Below are positions 8,430 to 15,445 of a stretch of 64,000 nt of DNA, one piece after another. Source of the stretch: an uncultured Actinomycetes bacterium (lineage in GTDB: Bacteria; Actinomycetota; Thermoleophilia; Gaiellales; Gaiellaceae); NCBI GenBank assembly GCA_963754265.1, contig CAVWFB010000003.1, positions 151,888-215,887 on the forward strand, given 5' to 3'. Position numbers and translations under genes: made by a program. How positions within the stretch are numbered: the stretch's first letter is position 1; every line of letters begins with the position of its first letter. The notes beneath the pieces are model-generated. The model saw nothing but the letters and a program-made list of their open reading frames with translations. It was not told the origin of the DNA and did no database searches.

Positions 8430-10994
8430 TCAGAGCAGCTGATCCTCCCACTGGTTCTGGTCGGTCTTGCCCTTGTTCTTGACGTCAGTGTTACCAGTCG
8501 ACGTCGCTGTCTGCGTCGCGTTGCTCCCGCCGTCGTAGATGTTCCCTCCGGCTACGGAGTGCGGCGCGTTGCCGTTGACCGCGTTCTGGTCGCTGATGCC
8601 GAACCCGAGCGCGAGCTGTTTCGTCTTGGACAGCTGGACCCCGGCCTGGAATCCACCCGCACCGCCGCATCCGGCCTTACAGCCGGAGCCGCCGATGTTC
8701 TGGTGGAGGTCCTGGTCCTGGTCCGTCTTCGCCTTGTTCTTGACGTCCGCATTCGCGGACGAGGTCGCCGTCTGCGTCGCATTGCTCGGGCCGCCGGAGA
8801 TGTCCTTTCCGGCTTCCGAGCTGGGCGCGTTCGAGTTGACGGCGTTCTGGTGGCTCTTCGCGATGCCGAGCGCACCCTGCTTCGTCTCGGCGCTCTGGAT
8901 CCCGAGCTGGAACCCACCCGCGCCGCCGCAACCGACGAGGCAGCTGCCCTTCCGGCTGTCCCTCTTGGCGTCCGGGATGCCGCCGGAGCCGCTGTTGTTG
9001 CCGCTGCCCTTGTCGTTCGGGCTGCCCTTGCTGGCCTCTTTGCCGAGCGTCCCGCTCCGGTTCGCGTTGCTGCCGAGCGTGTCGGTCGTCCGGCTGTTGC
9101 CGAGCGGATAGGCGGTGCGGCTGTTGCCGGTCGGGCTGACCGAGCTGTTGTTCCCGGTGGGGCTGACCGAGCTGTTGTTCCCGGTCGGGCTGGCCGTGCG
9201 GCTGGGCGAGCCGCTCTTGCGGCCCTTCTTGCCGTACTTGCCGCTCTTCCGGTCATCCTGACGGCCGACCTTGTCCTTCTTTGCTCCCTCGCAGGAGCAC
9301 AGGACCGGGGCCTTCATGTCGCTGTTGCCGATGTTCTGCTCGAGCCCCTGGTCCTGATCGGTCTTGGCCTTGTTCTTGACGTCGGTGTCCGCGGTGGACG
9401 TCGCCGTCTGCGTGGCCGAGCTCGGGCCGGAGTTGATGTCCCCTCCGGCGATCGAGACGGGCGCATTGCCGTTGACCGCGTTCTGGTCGCTGAGCGCCGC
9501 GCCGATGGCCGCCTGATTCGTCTCGGCTTTCTGCACACCGAGCTGGAAGCCGCCGGGACCGCCGCAACCCACGTAGCAGCCTGAGCCGCCGATGTTCTGG
9601 GTGAGCGTCTGGTCCTGGTCCGTCTTGGCCTTGTTCTTGACGTCCGCGTTGGCGGTCGAGGTCGCCGTCTGCGTGGCGTCGCTCGGGCCGGAGGTCACGT
9701 TGCCCCCGGCGATCGAGACCGGCGCGTTGCCGTTGACGGCGTTCTGGTCGCTCTTCGCGAGACCGAGCGCGAACTGGTTCGTCTCGGCCTTCTGGACGCC
9801 GAGCTGGAACCCACCTGCGCCTCCGCAACCGGCGGAGCAGGAGTCGTCCTTCTGAGGCGTTCTCCCCTCGCAGGAGCAGGACTTCTCGTCGCTGCCGATG
9901 TTCTGGTTCAGCGTCTGGTCCTGATCGGTCTTGGCCTTGTTCTTGACGTCGGTGTCCGCGGTGGACGTCGCCGTCTGCGTGGCCGAGCTCGGGCCGGAGG
10001 TGATGTCACCGCCGGCGATCGAGACGGGCGCATTGCCGTTGACCGCGTTCTGGTCGCTCTTCGCAAGTCCGAGCGCCAGCTGCCCGGTGTCGGCCTTCTG
10101 CACACCGAGCTGGAAGCCGCCGGAACCGCCGCAACCCGCGTAGCAGCCGGAGCCGCCGATGTTCTGGTTTTGCGTCTGATCCTGGTCGGTCTTCGACTTG
10201 TTCTTCACATCAGCGCTGGCCGTCGAGGTCGCCGTCTGCGTCGCCGAGCTCGGGCCGGAGTTGACGTTTCCGCCCGCGATGTTCACGGGCACGTTGGCAT
10301 TCACTGCGTTCTGGTCGCTCTTGGCGATTCCCACTGCGGCCTGCTTCGTGTCGGCAGCCTGGACTCCAGCCTGGAATCCACCGGCACCGCCACAACCGGC
10401 CTTGCAGGAACCGCTCCCACCGATGTTCTGGTTGAGCGTCTGATCCTGATCGGTCTTCGACTTGTTCTTGACATCCGTGTTGGCCGTCGAGGTCGCCGTC
10501 TGCGTCGCCGAGCTCGGGCCGGAGTTGACGTTTCCGCCCGCGATGTTCACGGGCACGTTGGCATTCACTGCGTTCTGGTCGCTCTTGGCGACCCCGACGG
10601 CGATCTGCTTGGTGTCGGCTGCCTGGACCCCGGCCTGGAATCCACCCGCACCGCCGCATCCGGCCTTACAGCCGGAGCCGCCGATGTTCTGGTTCAGCGT
10701 CTGATCCTGATCGGTCTTGGCCTTGTTCGAGACGTCAGCATTCGCGTTCGAAGTGGCCGTCTGTGTGGCCGAGCTCGGCCCGGAGGTGATGTTCCCTCCG
10801 GCGATCGAGACCGGCACGTTGGCGTTGACCGCGTTCTGGTGGCTCAGCGCCACGCCGAGCGCTCCCTGAGCGGTCGACGCGGCCTGGACCCCGGCTTGAG
10901 CACCACCGGGACCACCGGAGCCGTCGGCGAACGCCGCGGGAGCGATGGCGAGTGCGGCAAGCACTACGGCCACGCCCATTCCTATGGCTTTCAT
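8430..10994 (-). CDS. secreted 854-aa repeat protein: eight 88-aa Q/N/T-rich repeats joined by C-x3-C nodes (uncharacterised)
   Basis: Strong SD 'AAGGAGAAGGG' precedes ATG 10994. Signal peptide 'MKAIGMGVAVVLAALAIAPAAFA'. There are eight copies of '..GGFQxGVQ..S(D/H)QNAVNxNxPVxIAGGN..SGPSxATQTATS..DVKNKxKTDQDQ..QNIGGSGCxxGC'. The track ORF start at 11072 is upstream of the SD. Confidence 0.85.
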   Translation of the reverse strand: MKAIGMGVAVVLAALAIAPAAFADGSGGPGGAQAGVQAASTAQGALGVALSHQNAVNANVPVSIAGGNITSGPSSATQTATSNANADVSNKAKTDQDQTLNQNIGGSGCKAGCGGAGGFQAGVQAADTKQIAVGVAKSDQNAVNANVPVNIAGGNVNSGPSSATQTATSTANTDVKNKSKTDQDQTLNQNIGGSGSCKAGCGGAGGFQAGVQAADTKQAAVGIAKSDQNAVNANVPVNIAGGNVNSGPSSATQTATSTASADVKNKSKTDQDQTQNQNIGGSGCYAGCGGSGGFQLGVQKADTGQLALGLAKSDQNAVNGNAPVSIAGGDITSGPSSATQTATSTADTDVKNKAKTDQDQTLNQNIGSDEKSCSCEGRTPQKDDSCSAGCGGAGGFQLGVQKAETNQFALGLAKSDQNAVNGNAPVSIAGGNVTSGPSDATQTATSTANADVKNKAKTDQDQTLTQNIGGSGCYVGCGGPGGFQLGVQKAETNQAAIGAALSDQNAVNGNAPVSIAGGDINSGPSSATQTATSTADTDVKNKAKTDQDQGLEQNIGNSDMKAPVLCSCEGAKKDKVGRQDDRKSGKYGKKGRKSGSPSRTASPTGNNSSVSPTGNNSSVSPTGNSRTAYPLGNSRTTDTLGSNANRSGTLGKEASKGSPNDKGSGNNSGSGGIPDAKRDSRKGSCLVGCGGAGGFQLGIQSAETKQGALGIAKSHQNAVNSNAPSSEAGKDISGGPSNATQTATSSANADVKNKAKTDQDQDLHQNIGGSGCKAGCGGAGGFQAGVQLSKTKQLALGFGISDQNAVNGNAPHSVAGGNIYDGGSNATQTATSTGNTDVKNKGKTDQNQWEDQLL
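8433..10919 (-). repeat. tandem coding repeat, period 264 bp (88 codons), 8 units
   Basis: The motif 'S(D/H)QNAVN' recurs 8 times. The opposite-strand shadow ORFs 10198..10443 and 10462..10704 are near-identical and offset by 264 nt, so some units have high DNA identity. Confidence 0.85.
9120..9200 (-). repeat. 27-bp tandem minisatellite (about 2.6 copies) inside the repeat-protein insert
   Basis: 'GGGCTGACCGAGCTGTTGTTCCCGGT(G/C)' occurs at 9133-9159 and 9160-9186, with partial copies flanking. It encodes 'SPTGNNSSV SPTGNNSSV SPTGNS'. Confidence 0.8.
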
Positions 10995-11020
10995 CCCTTC
11001 TCCTTGGTAGTTGGGGCGAC

Positions 11021-11072
11021 GCGCTGTCGCAGAACAGCGCGTGTACGTCGGCGCGCCGTCGCAGAACGGCAC
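11021..11072 (-). promoter_or_regulatory. two copies of a 20-bp palindromic element upstream of the repeat-protein gene (candidate operator or 5'-UTR hairpins)
   Basis: 'GCGCTGTCGCAGAACAGCGC' (11021-11040; 7-bp arms, 6-nt spacer) and 'GCGCCGTCGCAGAACGGCAC' (11053-11072) lie 32 nt apart, 27-78 nt upstream of ATG 10994. Confidence 0.3.
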
Positions 11073-11096
11073 GCTCCGTATGGCCGGAGAAGGGCG

Positions 11097-11855
11097 TCAG
11101 CCCGGATGCCAGGAAGGGAGAACGATGCGCCTCGGCTTCCGGAAGGCCAATAACGGAAGCAGACGAGGCAAGAAGTGCAAAGCGAAAATTGCGAGGACGC
11201 CCAAGAGCGTCGCGAATAACAGCGGCACCGGCGCGTTCTGGCCGCCGGCCTGGCCGGATGAGGACGCATCCGGTCGCGGCGGCATCGGCCCGGGAAGTCG
11301 CGGCGGCTGCGGCGGAGCCGAGCGCTCTGGGCGAGGCGAGGCCTTGGCCGGGGCGGCCGGCGAAGGCCTCGCCGGGGAGGGGGTAATCGTGTCGCTCGAG
11401 CCGTCGTACCGAAGACCGCCGACGACCGGTCGGGGCCTGGCGTGCGAAACGGGAACCTGTGCACTCCGGACGTGTGCCTTCTTCTTCACGCGCGCGTGGC
11501 GCGCTGGAGCAGGCGGCGTGCGTTCCGGGGGACCGAGCTCGCTGCTGTCCGCGGCGACGGCCGGAATCGCCGGCCCTCCGTCGACGCTCTGGGCCGCGAG
11601 GGGTGCCGCAGCGGCGGCGTGAGCCTCCGCTGTGGCGGTGTGGGCAAGCGTCAGAGCTTGCTCGACGATCGCGTTCGCAGTCTCCTGGGCCTGGACCGGC
11701 TGTTGCTGCGTGGCGCCGAGCGCAGAGGAGACGATCCCGTCGACTTGCGCGGAGAGATCGGTCGGTACGGATTCGCCCGCCGCCCGCGCGGAGCCGACGT
11801 GCAGGTTTCCGCCGACGAGAACGGCCACGACGAGCACGAAGACCCGAGCGAACAC
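11097..11855 (-). CDS. Pro/Ala-rich protein with an N-terminal signal/anchor and a C-terminal TM helix (hypothetical)
   Basis: Hydrophobic N-terminus 'VFARVFVLVVAVLVGG..ARAAGE', a Pro-rich middle ('PPQPPRLPGPMPPRP') and a C-terminal TM 'PLLFATLLGVLAIFALHFL' with a basic tail. The start is uncertain (GTG 11855; alternatives TTG 11912 or ATG 12005). Confidence 0.5.
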   Translation of the reverse strand: MFARVFVLVVAVLVGGNLHVGSARAAGESVPTDLSAQVDGIVSSALGATQQQPVQAQETANAIVEQALTLAHTATAEAHAAAAAPLAAQSVDGGPAIPAVAADSSELGPPERTPPAPARHARVKKKAHVRSAQVPVSHARPRPVVGGLRYDGSSDTITPSPARPSPAAPAKASPRPERSAPPQPPRLPGPMPPRPDASSSGQAGGQNAPVPLLFATLLGVLAIFALHFLPRLLPLLAFRKPRRIVLPSWHPG

Positions 11856-11892
11856 GTTGCAACCGGGGGTGAAATCGGCTTGGCTGCCGGAA

Positions 11893-11933
11893 TTTCGTCC
11901 AGATTCGTCCAATTGGCCGCTCCGATTCGTCCA
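11893..11933. promoter_or_regulatory. triple direct repeat (A/T)TTCGTCCA in a lower-GC intergenic stretch
   Basis: 'TTTCGTCCA' at 11893-11901, and 'ATTCGTCCA' at 11903-11911 and 11925-11933. These lie between stop 11948 and the likely start of the next minus-strand gene. Confidence 0.3.
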
Positions 11934-11947
11934 ACCGGCCTGCCGGG

Positions 11948-12967
11948 TCACGACTGACGTCCCCAGGCGGTGCGAACGGGCCCGATCCAGGTCGACGAGA
12001 GCCACAGCAGGAGGGCGCCGAGCAGCGCGATCACCGTAACGGTCAGCAGGCCGGCCCCCGCGGCCCGCTGACCAGCCGGCGGGGAGACCGCCGGAAGAGG
12101 CGCGTGCGCGACGCGAGCGAAGACGCTCGTCGCCCGCTGGAGGCCGCCGGCATGCTCGGAATGCCGCTTCCCGATCGGCTTGGTGTCCGGCGCCCGGGCG
12201 GCCGCCGCCGGAAAACCGGCGGTATGAGCGGCTGCGGCTCCGCTGACCGGCCGCCCGAGCGACTTTTCCGCCGTCATGTCGGCGGGACGGGACGCGGGCG
12301 CGCTCCGCCGAGGCGCCGGCTGGCGGCTGCGATCGTTCGCAGCCGTCTTGCCCTGCGCGGCCTCGGCTGGCGCGGCTCCGGGCCGCAGAGCATGCGCTCG
12401 AGGTACTGCAACCCTCGGCGTGTTCCCCGCGGGCATTGCGCCCGTTTGAGACGTGGAACTTCCATTGTTTGCCCCGACTCCAACGCCGACGACGTTCGTC
12501 TGCGAGATCGGGCCGTCGTTCCCCGGGCTGTTGATCCGGATGGAGACGACGATGTTGACGGGATGCGACTGCGTTCCCTCGCCCGTCGCCGCTGCGTCTT
12601 GCCCGGTCGAGGCCTGCTGTGCTCCGCCGAGCTCGTCCGCGCCCGCCTGCGAGGTGTCGCTGCCGTTTCCGGCTCCGACGCCCACGACGGCGACGTTCGA
12701 CTGGGAGATCGCACCGTTGTTCCCGGGGCTGTCGATCCGCACCGAGATGACCATGTTGGTGGGCGAATCCTGCGTAGCCACGCCGTTTGCGGCCGCCGAC
12801 TGGTCCGTCGTGGCGGTCTGGGCCGGAATTTCGATCGGCGTGACGAGGTCGTCCGCAGCCGCGGTGCCGGCCACGGCGAGCGGATACAACGCACAGATCC
12901 CGGCCACCAGGCCGAAACGCGCTCGCCAGCCGAGATGGCGCAGATGGGGCGAGGAAGTCGGATGCAT
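11948..12967 (-). CDS. secreted, C-terminally membrane-anchored protein with two 'RIxSPGNxGxISQxNV' modules (hypothetical)
   Basis: ATG 12967. Signal peptide 'RFGLVAGICALYPLAVAGTAAA'. The modules are 'NMVISVRIDSPGNNGAISQSNVAVVGVGAGNGSDTSQ' and 'NIVVSIRINSPGNDGPISQTNVVGVGVGANNGSSTSQ'. A Pro/Ala-rich spacer follows, then a C-terminal TM 'LLTVTVIALLGALLLWL'. Confidence 0.75.
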   Translation of the reverse strand: MHPTSSPHLRHLGWRARFGLVAGICALYPLAVAGTAAADDLVTPIEIPAQTATTDQSAAANGVATQDSPTNMVISVRIDSPGNNGAISQSNVAVVGVGAGNGSDTSQAGADELGGAQQASTGQDAAATGEGTQSHPVNIVVSIRINSPGNDGPISQTNVVGVGVGANNGSSTSQTGAMPAGNTPRVAVPRAHALRPGAAPAEAAQGKTAANDRSRQPAPRRSAPASRPADMTAEKSLGRPVSGAAAAHTAGFPAAAARAPDTKPIGKRHSEHAGGLQRATSVFARVAHAPLPAVSPPAGQRAAGAGLLTVTVIALLGALLLWLSSTWIGPVRTAWGRQS

Positions 12968-13303
12968 TGTTTTCACGCGCGCAGTTAAGCTTTGGCTTGC
13001 CGTAATTGACGCTACCATAGCGGCGTGGTGATTTCCACCGATCTTTTCCAGAATTCTAACTTTCGGAGCAAAGGTTCGCGACGAGGCACACAACGCAGAA
13101 CATTGCAAAACGAATTTTGTTGGACGGAAGAAGGATGGCCATTGGACGATGGCTCACAGAGCCCAAGGAATGCGCGGTTTCGGGGCGGGATGCAGTGAAA
13201 ATCGCGATTTCAACGGCTCGCGATGGCCTGGGGCTATCGCTCGGCCGAAACTGCGCTACAGTGAGGGCCAAGCACGGCTGCTGCGTGACCTGGGGAGGGC
13301 ACG
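12968..13303. promoter_or_regulatory. 336-bp divergent intergenic region with clearly lower GC (promoter region for 12967- and 13304+ genes)
   Basis: Visibly AT-richer than its surroundings (e.g. 'TTTTCCAGAATTCTAACTTTCGG', 'CAAAACGAATTTTGTTGG'). It contains TAGAAT and TTGACG hexamers. Shadow ORFs only. Confidence 0.35.
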
Positions 13304-14185
13304 ATGCCGCACAGGGCCGGTCGAAACGAGCTTAAGCCCGCACAACGAGCTGCCCTAGCGGCCCTGAACGAGGGGTCGGCCGAGGAGCTCACGCGCGGGG
13401 AGTACCAGCAGCTCACAGGGGTGAGCCGGTCGCAGGCCGCCTACGACCTCGCCGAGCTCGTCGACGCCGGTCTCCTCGAGCGTCTCGGGGGAGGCCGCTC
13501 GACCCGGTATCGCCGAACCCGGCGGTCTCAGCCCTCGCACCGGCGCTGGACGAACGAGCGCATTCGCGGCGCGCTCGTCGAATTCTGCGCGGGACGGACG
13601 ACGTGGCCGTCGGCCGGTGAGTTCAAGGCCGCGGGTCACTCGGACCTCTACGTGGCGGCGAGCCGTTACGGAGGGATTCGCTCCTGGGCCTCGGAGCTCG
13701 GATTCTCCGGGACGGCCCGCACGGCGCCACGGCGGCGCCGGCCGCGTTCGCTGCGGCCGCATCTGACCTGGGCGGCCACGGCTGCCGCGTTCGCCGCGGT
13801 GCTGTTCGGCGTGAGCGGGGCCGTGCTCCAGCCCCAGGCGTCTGCGCCGACGAGGGAGGCGGCCGGAGCGCCCAGCGCCCGGAACGTCGTGCGCGCGCTT
13901 GCCCCACCAGCCAATGCTCAGGCGAAGCCAAAGCCGGCACGGACGACGCGGCGGAGCAACCACCGCGCACCCATCGTTCGCGCCAACACTCCGCGCTACC
14001 GAGGCGTCATTGCCTCGGGCTCTCGCGGCGAGCTTGCCTCCCAGACGATCTCCACGCCGGTGATCTCGACCCCGAGGCAGCAGCCGACGGCCCGGCCCGT
14101 GTCCACCACTAGTGGAGTCGCTCCACTGCCCGCACCCGGCGGCGCCGGCTCGGCGCCCTCGCCGCTGCCGGCTCCGAGGCAGTAG
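13304..14185 (+). CDS. membrane-tethered winged-helix DNA-binding protein with a Pro-rich extracytoplasmic tail (hypothetical)
   Basis: SD 'GGGGAGGG' precedes ATG 13304. wHTH-like 'YQQLTGVSRSQAAYDLAELVDAGLLERLGGGRSTRY'. 'WTNERIRGALVEFCAGRTTWPSAGEFKAAGHSDLYVAASRYGGIRSWASELG' looks like a homing-endonuclease-associated repeat motif. One TM 'WAATAAAFAAVLFGVSGAVL'. Confidence 0.6.
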   Translation: MPHRAGRNELKPAQRAALAALNEGSAEELTRGEYQQLTGVSRSQAAYDLAELVDAGLLERLGGGRSTRYRRTRRSQPSHRRWTNERIRGALVEFCAGRTTWPSAGEFKAAGHSDLYVAASRYGGIRSWASELGFSGTARTAPRRRRPRSLRPHLTWAATAAAFAAVLFGVSGAVLQPQASAPTREAAGAPSARNVVRALAPPANAQAKPKPARTTRRSNHRAPIVRANTPRYRGVIASGSRGELASQTISTPVISTPRQQPTARPVSTTSGVAPLPAPGGAGSAPSPLPAPRQ

Positions 14186-14300
14186 TGGACGGCGCCATTT
14201 GCAGCGAGTTAGTCTTTGCAGCCGGGAAAACGAGGCGAGGAGAGCGCCATGCGTAGGAGTCCGTCTCCGTTGCTGCGGCGGATCGCGACACGGGTTCCGC

Positions 14301-15380
14301 TTGCGCTTGCGCTTCGTGATCCTCTCGGGCGTCATCGTCTCCGCAGCCGCCGCCGCCGGCCCGGTCGATCTCTTACACCCTGAGCGGAACGACGGGCGAC
14401 AACGGCTGGTACCGCGTCAAACGTCGGCATCGTCTGGGTCGTGAACGGACGGGATGGCGACGCGGCGGCTGCGTCTCGACGACGCTGCTCAGCGACACCA
14501 ACGGCAGCACCGCAGTCCTGCACGGCCACCGACGGTACGATCGAAACGTCGTCAGTCCGGTCACGATCAAGATCGACAGGGTGGCACCGCCTCGTCACGA
14601 CCGCGTCTCCGGCGCGGGCGCCCGACTACAACGGCTGGTACAACCACCCGGTCGCGTTCTCGTTCGCGGGCACCGACGGCGGCTCGGGGCTCGCGAGCTG
14701 CTCGGTAGCGACCTACAGCGGCCCGGACAACGGCAGCGCGGCGGTGGGCGGAAGCTGCCGCGACAAGGCGGGCAACACCGGCTCGAACGCGTTCGGCCTC
14801 AGCTACGACGCGACGGCCCCGACGCTGAGCAAGGTCGAGGTGGCGAGCCGCGCCGCCTCGGCGCTCGTCCACTGGCAGTCGACGAGCCCGGCGGACACGA
14901 TCGTCGTCCACCGGTCGGCTCGCGGGAACAAGGCGGACCCGACGGTGTTCCGGGGCGCCGCCTCGAGCTTCGCCGACAAGAAGATCCAGCGCGGCCTCGA
15001 GTACGTCTACTCGCTGCAGTCCTACGACCAGGCGGGTAACGCGTCCAAGGTCGTCTCGGCGGTCGCCCTGCCCAAGGTGCTGACGCTCCGCAAGACGCCC
15101 TACACCCCTCGGGCCGCGGCCAATCCGGTGCTCCGCTGGGACGCCATCCGCGGCGCGACGTACTACCACGTCCAGCTCTTCCGGGGAAAGAAGCGGATTC
15201 TCGCCGCCTGGCCGAGCAGCGAACGAGCTCACGCTTCCGGCGGCGTGGCGCTGGGCCGGCCATCGCTACAAGCTCGGCCCCGCCCGCTACCGCTGGTACG
15301 TGTGGGAGGGCATCGGCAAGCGCTCGTTCGCCCGCTACCGGACTCTCGGCAGCGCAGCCTTCATCGTCCCGAAGCGGTAG
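14301..15380 (+). pseudogene. secreted Ig-like ('NGWY' / OmpL47-like) surface protein gene with multiple frame breaks
   Basis: The signal-like '(M)RLRFVILSGVIVSAAAAAGP' (TTG 14301) is followed by protein-like segments that alternate between frames: 'ISYTLSGTTGDNGWYRV', 'NVGIVWVVNG', 'GCVSTTLLSDTNGSTAV', 'SCTATDGTIETSSV', 'SPVTIKIDRVAPP', then 'VTTASPARAPDYNGWYNHPVAFSFAGTDGGSG...'. The C-terminus 'NELTLPAAWRWAGHRYKLGPARYRWYVW..FIVPKR' is in a third frame, ending at TAG 15378-15380. Confidence 0.55.
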
Positions 15381-15445
15381 ATGCGTAACGCTCCGCCCGC
15401 AGCCGCGACTGAGGGTGGACAATCACGGGGTCGCGGAGGGATGAC

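Noticed and set aside
8430-10994. Regularly spaced repeats that could be mistaken for a CRISPR array or non-coding satellite.
   Set aside because: The period is 264 bp with no short repeat/spacer alternation. The whole region is one continuous ORF with an SD and a signal peptide, so these are coding tandem repeats.
13304-14185. Homing-endonuclease-associated-repeat-like motif as a hint of a mobile element or prophage.
   Set aside because: No nuclease, integrase, transposase, terminal repeats or phage genes are nearby. The motif alone does not support a mobile element.
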